From assembly GCA_964016885.1 (NCBI GenBank), contig OZ024740.1, positions 20,832,001 through 20,896,000 on the forward strand: a stretch of 64,000 nucleotides of DNA, read 5' to 3'. The notes under the pieces are model-generated. The model was given only the letters and a program-made list of their open reading frames with translations, had not been told where the DNA came from and made no database searches. How positions within the stretch are numbered: position 1 is the first letter of the stretch; each line of letters starts with the position of its first letter. The stretch is from Eledone cirrhosa (Eukaryota). The translations under genes were made by a program, and so were the position numbers. Shown here piece by piece: positions 41,445 to 53,357 of this stretch.

Positions 41445-41693
41445 GAATAAACAAGAGAGATGAACACTAATATAAACATACATGTGTACGAATCGTAAGG
41501 ACTAAAATTTGCTGTGGTGAAAAAATACTAGCTACAGCAATATAGAATGTTATCCTTAACTTTAAATATTAAATTCAGAAAAATTAAGAAAAACAACAGA
41601 CCTATATTGGGCAACCAGGAAGTGTAACGTGGAGTTACTTTAGGTTCACTTTTGTGTCGAGGTGTAGAGCTAGACAGTGTAAAATAGTGAAAT

Positions 41694-41940
41694 GAAACAA
41701 GGACGATTGGTTACTCCTTCAATACGTTTATTGGTTGGTGACGCGCGTTTCGTCACTGGTCAGCTGAAGGTTCGATCTGTAACGATCTAGCTCGACTCTG
41801 TAATTCACGGCTCGTCAGATTACAGAGCCCTGAATTACGGAGTCGGGCTACATCGATACAGATCGAAACTTGAGCTGACCAGGGGCGAAACGCGTGTCAC
41901 CAACCAATAAACGTAATGGAGTAACCACTCGTCCTTGTTT

Positions 41941-41943
<3 letters not shown>
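41694..41943. mobile_element. Penelope-like foldback (arms about 120 bp, 11-nt loop) with long-stem-II hammerhead
   Basis: 41694-41813 versus 41825-41943; the minus strand reads CTGACGA-gcc...(about 60 nt)...gac-GAAA-cgcgc-GTC; adjacent to (TA)n. Confidence 0.7.
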
Positions 41944-42002
<59 letters not shown>

Positions 42003-42218
42003 TATTTACGTATCGATAGAGAGAAAAAAAAGGGGAGGATAGGTGATACATATAGTTATTTGCCAAGTAGCGTATGCCAAAGGTGCTCGATACTAGTGCC
42101 GGCAGTATTAAATATTCGAAGTGTTAATATTTAGTGGGCTAGAGAGTTAGCAGAGCGTAAGCACGTGGGAAAGTAAGAAATCGGAGAATAGACCGTTAAA
42201 ACATGTTTATTTAAAACA

Positions 42219-42260
42219 GCATCTACGTACGTTTCGCCCGGTTGGGCTTCTCAAGGGCAT
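42219..42260 (-). ncRNA. Minimal hammerhead, U3-A8 variant
   Basis: TTGAGAA-gccc(aacc)gggc-GAAA-cgtacg-TA followed by AATAAA; stem I imperfect. Confidence 0.55.
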
Positions 42261-42627
42261 AAATAATCAAATGTGTTCCTTACATTGCTCGGAAAGAGTT
42301 TTGGGGGTTAAATGTACGTCAAGGTTCATTGCTCGCAAAAATAGCTTGTTTTGATTTTGCAGCAGGTCAAGGGAGGTAACACTGGCCGGTGTTAGGGCAG
42401 TCTTTCCCGGACAAATTTTTTTATCCGCTACGAGATGAGGTTACAACCATACCATTGTCGATACGCATGTAATCAACGCTTATTTTGAGAGTTTTTTTTT
42501 TCCGCATCTGTTTGTCTGAGTCGTTTGGGGCTGGGTCTGGTATGCAAGGATAGTTTCCTGGGTGTTATTTTCGTGTCTGTATATATGTGTGTCTGTATAT
42601 ATGTATATGTATGTGTATATATGTATT

Positions 42628-42687
<60 letters not shown>

Positions 42688-42976
42688 CGCGCGCGTGTGG
42701 GCACGTGTGTGTTGGCGTGTGTGCTTGTCCTAACCTACCATTTCCACAGATGTTCGATCAACTACTTGATATACCTTTGTTCAAAATTGTACTATAGAAT
42801 AAGGAAGTGTTTATTTCAATTGCAACTTGCCACTAAACTTCTTTCTCTAAATAAATTTTGTTTTTTCTAAGAATCCCCATCCTTTAATCCCACCATGACC
42901 TCACCCCCCCTCCCCACCACTACCCTTCCCTTACCATGACAAAATGTATAAATACCAAAAATTTACATTGACAGTC

Positions 42977-43027
42977 GGCTTTCTGATGATTTCCTCCGAA
43001 TGAAACAGTTCTAGTCCTGTAGAAGCC
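42977..43027 (+). ncRNA. Type I hammerhead ribozyme, near canonical
   Basis: ggcttt-CTGATGA-tttc(ctcc)gaat-GAAA-cag(ttctagtc)ctG-TA/gaagcc; followed by an atgtattgagtac tail and (TA)n. Confidence 0.7.
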
Positions 43028-43108
43028 ATTTCTATATTAAATTACTTTTACTCTGCTATGTATTGAGTACCTTACTTACTGCGGTTATCCCCGATTTAAC
43101 CCGGGATC

Positions 43109-43152
<44 letters not shown>

Positions 43153-43237
43153 TATATAAATTGATTTAGGAGTTGCAGAAACCCCATACTGGATATTACC
43201 AACATTTCCGGGGGTCCGGGTATAATTTTCAATCATA

Positions 43238-43278
<41 letters not shown>

Positions 43279-43279
<1 letters not shown>

Positions 43280-45990
43280 AGTTGCATTTATCTTGCTTTA
43301 TGTTCATACGAGTTATCACCAAGTCACAACCAGTGACCTCAAGAGACAACAAGGTCCGCCATGTTCAAGAAAGAACATACATATTCACACATGTATCTTT
43401 AGTGTTTAGACTTGTGATGTACTTATATTGACAGAATCTTCCTTAGTATATGGGCAGTTCCCATTAGTACTATCTTCTGTATTTCTCCTATACGCGGGCT
43501 TCCTGGGATTTGCGATAAGTAGTCATTAGACCCCTTAGGTATCATTCCCAGAGAGCCTACAACCACTGGTATTGTTTTAGTTCTCAATTTCCACATTTTT
43601 CCAATTTCTATCTCCAGGTCCTTATACTTGCTCAATTTTTCAAATGTTTTTATAGATACATTCTTGTCTATTGGAACAGACATATCAATTAGCAGGCATA
43701 CCCTCTTTTGAAAGTCCTTCAATATTATATCAGGTCTATTTGCATCTATTTTTCGGTCTGTTTGGATGCTAAAGTTCCACAAGATTGAGATGTGATCTTT
43801 TTCAAGTATGGGAGGTGGTTGATGCTCCCACCAATTCTTTTGGGCAGGTCAAAATGCTTACACATTATCCAATGTATGTATTGTGCAGCTCTGTCATGCC
43901 TGTTTAGGTATTCGGTTGGAGCTATAGGACTGCACATTGAAATTATATGGTCAATGGTCTCTGGTTGTTTTTTGCATACACGGCATAATGGGCTGCACCC
44001 ATTTTTTATTATCTTGGATTGGTAATTTTTTGTTGGCAGACACTGATCTTGTGCCGATATAATCAGTCCTTCAGTCTCCGATTTCAGTTCAGAGGATGCC
44101 AACCACTGATGGGTTAAAGTTTTGTCAACATCTGGATTGTTAGCTCGCTCTGGGTATTTTCCATACAGAGGCTTTTCTTGCCATTTCTTAGCCAGTTTCT
44201 GTAGCAGTTCTTTCTTTGCAGTTACTTTTACCTGCTTTGCTTTTTCTGTGTTTTCCATTTCAGCAGTAAATGGGACTTCTGAAATTTGTAGTCCATTACT
44301 GTATCTTTGTGCATTTTTTGTAATGGAATATGATCTTTTGATGCTTTCGTGTTTCAAAACGAGTTTGATCATCCAATCATGTGATTCCCTTAGATATGTA
44401 GATAATCCAATTGTTGCAGTTTTCAACGCAATGTCTAACTGGATTAACCCACGTCCTCCTTCTTTCCTAGGGAGATATATTCTATCTATATCTGCCTTAG
44501 GGTGATGCATTCTGTGCATGGTTAAGAATTTTCTAATTTTTGTATCGAGCCTACGGATCTCTGTGCTTGACCAGTTTATGACATTGTAACTGTAGGTTAC
44601 TACTGGTATGGCAAGCGTGTTTATGGCATCGATCCTATTCCTTGCATTCAATTCCGTTCTTAAGATTGCTCTTACTCTGCGGTAACATTCCTTCCTTATC
44701 CTTTCCCTCATTGTCGAGTGCTTGATTCCGTCTCCTTCACAAACACCTAGATATTTGTAAGTTTTTTCTTGATCAAGTTCTCTTATCACGTTCCCCCGAT
44801 CAAGATTAATGTCTGAACTCTTCAGCAGCTTTCCTCTGGTGAACGTTGCTTTGGCGCATTTATCTAGTCCAAACTCCATTTTAATGTCATCACTGAACTG
44901 CTTCACAGTGGATAATAGCCCTTGCAATTGTTCATCATTTTTTGCAAATAGTTTCAGGTCATCCATGTAGAACAGATGATTAATGGTTTTGTCATAGACT
45001 TTATATCCATGTTTTGTTTCATTGAGCATTTTACTTAATGGTATAAGTGCGATGCAGAATAAAAGCGGTGATAAAGAGTCACCCTGAAAAATTCCACAAT
45101 TAATATTAACTTCTCCAGCTTCCAGTGATTTTGTTTCACTATTCAAAAGGAGTGTCGTTTTCCATGTCTTCATACTGAATGACAAAAACCTCCTGACAAC
45201 GGGGGATATTTTGAAAATCTCTAAACATTTTTCAATCCAACTGTGTGGCAAACCATCGAATGCTTTTTTATAATCTATCCAAGCAATCGATAGATTTTTG
45301 TGTCTATTATGACAATCTTCCAGTATCATTTTGTTAACCAGAAGCTGATCCTTACAGCCATATGAGCCTCGTTTACACCCTTTCTGCTCAATGGGAAATA
45401 GGTCATTTGTTATCAGGTGGTCATATGTGTATTCAGTTAGGACTGATGTTAACATTTTATACATTGTGGTCAAGCAAGTTATCGGTCTGTAATTTTTGGG
45501 ATTGTTTGTCTCATCATTCTTCGGAAGCAGGAATGTAATGCCGTTAACTAGCCATGATGGTATCTTTTCTGGCTCCTTAACTATTTCATTGTAAAGTTGG
45601 GCTAACAGCTCATGAGACTCTGTGAAGGCATTTATCCAAAAGTTTTGTATTTTGTCTTTTCCTGGGGATTTCCATTTGCTGGTTTTTCTTAGAGCCAAGC
45701 GCAACTGTTCAACTGTTATATTTTCCCATGTTTGTTCCTCAAGGTGAGCTGTATCTTTCATTTGTCTGTCTATCCATGGGGCATGTATGTTATGAACTTT
45801 TTCTTCGGCCCAGATCTTTTCCCAGAATTCTTGCACTTCCTCCTTGGGTGGTATTGATTTAGCAGTTATTGTTGACTTACCAATTTTTCTGTAGAAGTTT
45901 CTTTGGTTGTTTTTGAACATATTATTGTCCTTATAGAATCTAGATCGTTTTTCAAAGCGCCTTATACGAGCAGCTTTGGCCGACACTTTT
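43279..45990 (-). mobile_element. Dong-like (R4 clade) RLE LINE, 5'-truncated, in (TAA)n
   Basis: 746-aa RT ORF (WIDYKKAFD, GIFQGDSLSP, FYMDD, CRVC-H-C) plus frameshifted RLE (ANRPDII...DMSVP..K); (TAA)n at both ends on its sense strand. Confidence 0.9.
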
Positions 45991-46221
45991 TATTATTATT
46001 ATTATTATTATTGGCGACCTACGTAGGAAATCGTATTATCGTGAGCTCCGCAAAGGTTTGTTATTTCCGTTTGTTTAAAAATTGCCATTTATGGAAAATT
46101 TTATTGTAAACTGTTTATAAGCACACATACATTGTTTTCCGAAAAGGACACCCAAAAAGATTGGGGCCTTGTGCCCAAAATTTTAACTTTTATTATTATC
46201 CAAAAATTTCTTTGAAAAAAA

Positions 46222-48294
46222 ATGGCTAATTCCCCTCTGCACGAAGCAGCTGAAAGCCTTCCTCACAAAATAACACCTCACACCGACACCACCATTGTAA
46301 ATGTTACTACGTTTGCCAACACAAAAAAAAATATAAGCAGTAGCAATATTTTAAATTTGTCTCAGGCAGACATTCATTTCCCGCCATTACCAATGACTGC
46401 AGGTGTTAAACCCTCCACCACCACCACCACCGCGACAACCACCACCACCACCACCACCACCACCGCGACAACAGAAACAAAAGAAGAAAAAAATAAATTA
46501 ACTCGTGACGTCGAAATGAAATCAAGCAAAATGGACTCTTCCCCACCAAAGACGACTGACGTCACCACCACCACAACTGAAAATAAAATTAATATTAACG
46601 ATAGCAACAACAACAACAATGACATTATAAAACCGACCCTCAGTTTCGCCATCGTAGCAAAACAATTCGAAGCGTTCACGGTAACTCAAGAAGATTTAGA
46701 AAATGCCAAACAAATGGTAAAGAAAGATGGGTACAGGGTCAGCCTCACCCCCCCCCCCACCTAATAAAATGGAGCATTTTAATAAAATGCATTTTACATT
46801 TATTGTTCACGGTGCACAGGCGCCGATGCTCCATTTTATTAGGTGGGGGGGGGGGGGTGAGGCTGACCCTGTACCCATCTTTCTTTACCATAAAATCGCG
46901 CCGAGTGGAACGGGCATCCGAGTCCCAAATCCAAAAAGCTTTGGGAGATGTGTGGGCAAGAAAAACCCACATCAGACGTGGGCAAAAGTATGGAACCGTG
47001 GATGTGTTCTTTGAAACACCAGAGGAGGCTAGAGAACACTCCATGGCCCCATTAAAAAGTGACGACCTCACACTCGTCCCAAGCTATTGTGGCCAGAGAC
47101 TCGTAAAGATCAGGGTGACCCACGTTCCACCGGCCATCGAAATTCCCTGGCTAATAGCGGCTGTCCTCGCCGGCATCGAAGCCAACACGAAAATAATAGC
47201 AGTAGCAAAAGAAAAGCAGGAAAACTGGTCCGGATCTGGGATGGAGCTCCTGATCCAAGCGGACCAAAAAAGCATTGAGGAGATCCCAGAGGTAATAGAC
47301 CTCACTGACGGCAGCCACCTCACGGTAATTGTCGAGGGCAGAAGACCTAGGTGTGTCGTTTGTGGTGAAGGAACCCACCTAAGGGCTTTCTGCCCTCAGG
47401 CTAAAAGGATGAGGCCACCTCTCCTACCCCCCCCCCAGTGACACAACCATCAACACCACCAGTAGCAGAGATGGCAGCAACAACTGTAGCAGCAACAACA
47501 GAAGCAACTATAACAGCAACAAACCCAGCAACAGTAGCAAAACCAACACCACTACCACCACCAGCAAAACCAACACCACCACCACCCAACGCTTCAGAAC
47601 TAGCACCAGCGCCTACACCATCCACCACACCACAACCAAAACTAACGGCTGTGGAGGATTTTCCACTCCCCGGCCTATCACAACTGGAGACAGATTGTGA
47701 CGACGAGGAGTGGGAAACGATATCCGGAAAAAAAAAAGAAACCAAAAAAGAAAAAATTCTCTTCCTTCCCCCTCCAAAAACAAAATACAGAGGGAAACAA
47801 ATAAACTAAGAAACAAAAAAGTTAGGACAGATATGCCACCATCCACACCAGCATCACCAACCCCATCAACCCAAACACCAACACCATCACCATCATTATC
47901 CCCAGCACCACCATCACCTACACCACAAAAGTCAACAAAATGCGAAACAGAAACGGACCCACAACAAACGCAAACAAAACAAAACAACCAAAACGATACA
48001 CACTACACAGCATTAAATTTGAACAACAAGCAATTATGACACTACATCCAACACAACACCAGCATCACAGAAAAAGACTACACAACAACCCCAAAATTCA
48101 CACCACCTCCACACATACAAATCACTCGCATCACACAGAAAACGTACATGACACTAAAACAAAAATTCCCCAAAGACATCGGAGACTTCCGACAAGCACT
48201 CTCCAGGAGGATTTATAAGGACATCCTTCCTGAGGAGGCCACAAGCAGTGAAAAGGATGGAAAAGCCGTCCTTCCCCTACGAGAAGTAAGGTAA
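46222..48294 (+). pseudogene. Tx1 ORF1 (gag-like; CxxC-H-C knuckle, Thr/Pro-rich), disrupted
   Basis: Segments 46222-46764, 46890-47441 (PRCVVCGEGTHLRAFC) and 47438-48294; breaks fall at homopolymer runs and at an inverted duplication. Confidence 0.8.
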
Positions 48295-48328
48295 GTGGTC
48301 TTTCGCATCTTTTCCACTCCTTTTCAAC

Positions 48329-51300
48329 ATGACCTCACTCAGAATAGGCAGCATAAATGCGCGTGGCTTGGGGTCGTCATGGAAGCAGGGCCACCTGCTC
48401 AACGACCTCAGGTCACTAAACATAGATGTAGTGGCCATCAGCGAGACCAGAATCTCCGAAGCACAGGCTTTCGCACCGATCTTCGGCGGCTACGATGTGT
48501 ACGCATCTCCCAGCCGTCCGGGATCGGGGGGAGGAGTTGCTGTGCTTTTTCGGAGAGGTTTGGATCTTGCCATACGGGCCATCTTCCTGGACCCAGAAGG
48601 TAAGTTGGTGGTGCTGGACGTGACCAGCGGAGACGGGCAAGCTTTCAGGTTAGTGGCCGTCTATGCCCCGACAGGAGCAGGGCGGCCTGATTTCTTCCGG
48701 CGTCTGGAGACCTTTCTTGGAACGTCCCGCTCTTTAGTGTTAGTGGGCGACTGGAACGGGATCTTAGATGCACGCTGGGATTGTGTGGGATTAGTGGATA
48801 GGGAAGGAGGGTGCAAGAGTCTCACCAACTTGCTCAGACGTTTTGAACTGTCTGACAGGTACCGAATGGATTTCCCGAATGTACCAATGTGGACTTGGAC
48901 AAATCGCATAGGGTCATCCAGATCATATCTAGATAGAGTATTTTGTAGGGAAATAGATAGGTCTAGCATAGGCTGTCCACAATTCAAGATAGTCAGCTAC
49001 ACGGACCACAAATTCGTGATCTGTGTGCTTGACTTAGATAGGCTTCATAGACGAGGACCCGGCTACTGGAAGCTAAACGCGTCCTTACCAGCGCGCAAGG
49101 CCTACAGAGACCGGATTAGCGAACTAGTTAAGCGGGCGTTGACGGGGGCCATCGTCAACAACAAGTGGTGGTTTGCTCTGAAAAGAGCAATTAGAATAGA
49201 GTCCATTAGGTTTAGTAAGACTTTAGCAATAGAGAAAAATAGAGCAGAGGGAGAATTAGTTAGAAAATTAGATGAGGCGCTTAGCAAAGGTATCGCGACC
49301 GACGTGCTTGCGGCGAAATTGGCCCTTGACCAATTCTTCAATGCAAAGCATGAAGGCTGCGTTGTCAGAGCTAGGGTGCGTGCTCTCAGACACGAGGGGA
49401 CGAAAGCCGTTCAATGGGCCCGAGTGGCGGAGGCGCGTCGTGGCAACAAAGCCACGATCCGGTCTTTGGTGGACCACGACGGGCGCATGCTACTCGATCC
49501 CGGGCAAATGTGTGAAGCTTTTCAGCGACACTTCGCTCAACTGTTCGGGGGCAGTGGCGGGCCGGATCGAGGGATGGACTTTAGTGTCTACCTCGACGGA
49601 CTGCCGCGGCTTTCGGCCACTGAGGCGGAGTGTTGCGAAAAGCCGATAACAACCGCTGAAGTACGGGATGCAATGACTAGTTGCACAAGGGGTAAATCGC
49701 CTGGTTTGGATGGTCTGCCCTATGAACTTTACATACAAATGCCAAACTTGTTCGGAGGCCTCTTGGCGGACGTCTACTGCAACTGGCAACAGAACGGGAG
49801 AATTCCCAGCTCTGTGAGCCGAGGAGCGGTGGCGCTGCTGAGAAAGGATCCGAACAAGGGGGATAACATAGATAATTTCCGGCCCATAACTCTGCTAAAC
49901 ACAGAGTTCAAGATTTTGGCCAAGGTGCTAGCAAAGAGGTTGGCGCTTGTCGTTGGTGGTCTGGTGGGAGAGGCACAGACATGCGCCATTCCCGACAGAT
50001 CCATCCACGACAACCTCCACCTCATGCGATACATCGTAGAGAGGGTAGCTAGGGAACCTGGCACGGGTGGGTCTTTGATCAATTTAGATCAGTCGAAAGC
50101 CTTCGATAGGGTCGACCATCGTTACCTAACGGCAGTCCTGAGGGCGGCTGGCTTTGGGCCCGTCTTCAGAGGCTGGATCGCTGCCATGCACAGCGACATC
50201 TGCTCTGTAGTGAGAGTGAACGGTCACCTTTCGGAACCGTTCAACATCATGCGCTCGGTCCGCCAAGGATGTCCCCTCTCGTCTCTATTGTACGTATTGA
50301 CTCTCGAGCCATTACTGCACAAACTGGAGACGTTGAGGGGGGTCCCGCGCGAACTAGGATGCGGAAGATCCGTGTCAGCATATGCCGACGATGTCATCGT
50401 AGTGGTGTCGAACGCCAAACACATCGAGGCGATCGGCACTACACTAAGAGAATACGAAGCGGTGACAGGAGCAATGATCAACCAGGAAAAGTCAGTGGGC
50501 CTGCAGCTCGGCACCTGGAGAGGCAGGTCCATGCCGTCCAACAGCGTCGTCGGGCGCTGGACGGACGGACCGGTTAAATTGCTAGGGGTCTGGTTCGGTC
50601 CAGACCTCCAGACGGACAAAAACTGGGACGAGGTGACGAGCAGGGTGGCTTCTCTCACCCAGAAATGGGCCGAGAGGAAGCTATCCCTGAAAGGTCGAGC
50701 GGAGGTGGCGAATGCGTACATCGCATCCGTCATCTACTACCGCCTGACCGTCGTACCTTGTCCTAAGCCCTGCCTGACTGCGCTGGAGCGTTTGCTCTTT
50801 CGCTTCTTGTGGAAGGGACGCGCTCCGATGGTCAGGCGGTCCATCTGCTGTCAACACCCGCTACGTGGAGAGCTGGGCATGCCGTGGCTGATGATGCGCA
50901 GACACGCGCTCAGGCTACGACATCTCCACCTCTTCCTCGACGGTGATCAGGTGTGGTCGCCGTTTGCAAGACACGTTTTTCCCCAGCTCGTCTCCTTGAC
51001 GGAGCTGCAGTCCTGGGTCAAGCGAAGACCGAGAAGGAGCGCTTGGAGACTGGAATGTCTTCAGGCGCTCACAGCCCTCGACCAATCGGGCAATATAATC
51101 GGTGGAAACTCCACCTTGGCGTTCTATAGGGGATTAGTGGAGGGGAAGAGCGACGACGTACTTGGAGAAACTCTAGGCGTCGACGAAAATCAACTAGCCA
51201 ATCTCTTCGGAAGGACTTTCGGGCCGGGGCCTATGGACAACTTCCAGAAATCCCTGGCCTGGCAGTGCTACCGAGGAGCTTTGCCAGTTCGGGATAAACT

Positions 51301-51748
51301 CTACAGGCATGGAGGTGCCGTCAGCCGGGCATGTCCGAGATGCGCGCAGGGCGACGAAACCGTCCTGCACGCACTCGTCCAGTGTCCGAAAATTGCTGAC
51401 TTGTGGGTTTATGTCGAACACCTGCTGTCACGTGTAGGACGGATCCAGCTATCAGCTGAGTCCATCGTGAGGATTGCCCCGCCCCCTTCCTTTAGCCTGG
51501 AAGGGCAGGCAGTTTTTATCTGTCTGGTGGCCATGGCGAAAGAGATAGTATGGTGGACACGTTTGAAAGGGCTGAAGACGAGCACTTACCTCTTCGGTGA
51601 TGCCCTGATTAACTTTTTCAAATTTCATTTGAAAAGGAAAATCAGGGTAGAGAGGGAAGTGCTCTCTTCCCAGCATTTTGTTGAAAGATGGGTGAGAGAA
51701 GCAAGTATGGCCCGAATGAATGGGCCTTCTCTGAGTATGTGTCTGTAA
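48329..51748 (+). CDS. Tx1 ORF2: APE endonuclease, reverse transcriptase and zinc finger (1139 aa, intact)
   Basis: SINARG, ISET, VYAP, GDWN, YLDR, TDH (APE); KSPGLDG, DQSKAFD, VRQGCPLS, AYADD (RT); CPRC..ETVLH..C. Confidence 0.95.
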   Translation: MTSLRIGSINARGLGSSWKQGHLLNDLRSLNIDVVAISETRISEAQAFAPIFGGYDVYASPSRPGSGGGVAVLFRRGLDLAIRAIFLDPEGKLVVLDVTSGDGQAFRLVAVYAPTGAGRPDFFRRLETFLGTSRSLVLVGDWNGILDARWDCVGLVDREGGCKSLTNLLRRFELSDRYRMDFPNVPMWTWTNRIGSSRSYLDRVFCREIDRSSIGCPQFKIVSYTDHKFVICVLDLDRLHRRGPGYWKLNASLPARKAYRDRISELVKRALTGAIVNNKWWFALKRAIRIESIRFSKTLAIEKNRAEGELVRKLDEALSKGIATDVLAAKLALDQFFNAKHEGCVVRARVRALRHEGTKAVQWARVAEARRGNKATIRSLVDHDGRMLLDPGQMCEAFQRHFAQLFGGSGGPDRGMDFSVYLDGLPRLSATEAECCEKPITTAEVRDAMTSCTRGKSPGLDGLPYELYIQMPNLFGGLLADVYCNWQQNGRIPSSVSRGAVALLRKDPNKGDNIDNFRPITLLNTEFKILAKVLAKRLALVVGGLVGEAQTCAIPDRSIHDNLHLMRYIVERVAREPGTGGSLINLDQSKAFDRVDHRYLTAVLRAAGFGPVFRGWIAAMHSDICSVVRVNGHLSEPFNIMRSVRQGCPLSSLLYVLTLEPLLHKLETLRGVPRELGCGRSVSAYADDVIVVVSNAKHIEAIGTTLREYEAVTGAMINQEKSVGLQLGTWRGRSMPSNSVVGRWTDGPVKLLGVWFGPDLQTDKNWDEVTSRVASLTQKWAERKLSLKGRAEVANAYIASVIYYRLTVVPCPKPCLTALERLLFRFLWKGRAPMVRRSICCQHPLRGELGMPWLMMRRHALRLRHLHLFLDGDQVWSPFARHVFPQLVSLTELQSWVKRRPRRSAWRLECLQALTALDQSGNIIGGNSTLAFYRGLVEGKSDDVLGETLGVDENQLANLFGRTFGPGPMDNFQKSLAWQCYRGALPVRDKLYRHGGAVSRACPRCAQGDETVLHALVQCPKIADLWVYVEHLLSRVGRIQLSAESIVRIAPPPSFSLEGQAVFICLVAMAKEIVWWTRLKGLKTSTYLFGDALINFFKFHLKRKIRVEREVLSSQHFVERWVREASMARMNGPSLSMCL

Positions 51749-51990
51749 ATTAAAGGTGGAAAACTGGGAGAGGGCACTTGCCCTGGTGGTCAGGGCCACT
51801 GTGGTCTTTTAATGGGCTTTCTCCACAAATGTCCCTTGGAAGTCTCCCCCCTATTGGGGAATTTTTCTTTGTTATTTTATTTCAACCTCTGTTTTTTTAC
51901 ACGCAGAAATGCCCATTTGTACCGTCCTGTATTGTCCTGTACTGTCCTTAATGTCTACTTTATGTGAACCCTTGTGGTTAATAAAGAAAA

Positions 51991-52026
<36 letters not shown>

Positions 52027-52456
52027 GTGTTTGACCCGAAATGGCATGATCGTTTCTATGGCTGTGTGGGTAATAGTTTAACCGTCGTCTCAGTGCGTTT
52101 GGCCTCTTAACTTACGTTGTTGCTCTACAACACTAGCTTCTATGGAGCGCTTGCCTCACTCCTCGGAAGATGTCTTTCGCTAATTTCCAATAGCCGAAAT
52201 ACGATCCTCGCTAATTTATATTTGTATATATATATATATATATATGTACTGTAGTATCAGTTTCGTAGACATATCCAAGTGTAAGAGCACTCAGTCTATA
52301 AGACGAGTTAACTATAATTAGTTACAACAGAGATATATACAGGTACTTAAGTTTCGTTGGATTATACACTCCAACTCATTCAGGTGGTTATATAAAAAGA
52401 AAATAGAAGACATTTTCTTTTTATATAGATTTAGGGCTTCACATCTGCATGCAATC

Positions 52457-52990
52457 ATATGCGTGTGTGTGTTTATATATACGTATGTATATGCATGTGA
52501 GTGTTTATATATACGTATGTATATGCATATGTGTTTATATATATGTAAGTATATGCGCGTGTGTGTTTATATATACGTATGTATATGCGTGTGTGTGTTT
52601 ATATATACGAATGTATATGCATGTGTGTGTTTATATATACGTATGTATATGCGTGTATGTGTTTATATATACGAATGTATATGCGTATGTGTGTTTATAT
52701 ATACGAATGTATATGCATGTGTGTGTTTATATATACGAATGTATATGCGTGTGTGTGTTTATATATACGTATGTATATGCGTGTAAGTGTTTATATATAC
52801 GAATGTATATGAATGTGTGTGTTTATATATATACGTATGTATATGCGTGTATGTGTTTATATATACGAATGTATATGCATGTGTGTGTTTATATATACGA
52901 ATGTATATGCATATGTGTGTTTATATATACGTATGTATATGCGTGTGTGTGTTTATATATACGAATGTATATGCGTGTGTGTGTTTATGT
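52457..52990. repeat. ~32-bp minisatellite (gtgtgtgtttatatatacg[t/a]atgtatatgc)
   Basis: Direct inspection; one more unit follows the SINE at about 53210. Confidence 0.85.
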
Positions 52991-52994
52991 AAAA

Positions 52995-53210
52995 AGTAAC
53001 TACCGACTTTCGTCAAATCGGACCGAGGAAACAATGTTGCCATCGGTCTTTCCAGTTGCTAGTACTATCTATCGGTCGCAACTCTACGTAGGAGGAGCAA
53101 CCTGAAATAAAGTGTCTTGCTCAAGGACATAACGCATCGCCCGGTCCAGGAATCGAACTCACAACCTCACGATTGCGAATCCAATTCTCTAACCACTCAG
53201 CCACACGCCT
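52995..53210 (-). mobile_element. tRNA-derived SINE with CORE-like segment
   Basis: tggctgagtggttaga...gttcgattcc...tgtccttgagcaagacactttatttca. Confidence 0.75.
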
Positions 53211-53357
53211 GTGTTTATATATACGTATGTATATGATCGGGTATTGATAAGATTAGAAACTTTAATAGATTTGGTAGAGGAAAGTTGGTGGCTCAATCAC
53301 AGTAGGGTTGTTGACGTCTGCTGTCAGTGAATGTCAGAATAACTCTGGTGACAGGCA

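Larger units (their letters stand above)
46013..51991 (+). mobile_element. Full-length Tx1/L1-clade LINE (family B)
   Basis: Starts ggcgacctacgtagg after (TTA)n; ORF1 46222-48294 (broken), intact ORF2, 3' UTR with AATAAA, then (ATT)n. Confidence 0.93.

Noticed and set aside
48416-51421. Antisense and alternate-frame ORFs repeated in several Tx1 copies
   Set aside because: Shadow ORFs of GC-rich ORF2; their recurrence reflects copy similarity.
53140-53210. tRNA-like sequences (also 28425-28490, 7488-7580)
   Set aside because: A/B boxes run directly into SINE bodies and no full cloverleaf is evident; they are SINE heads.
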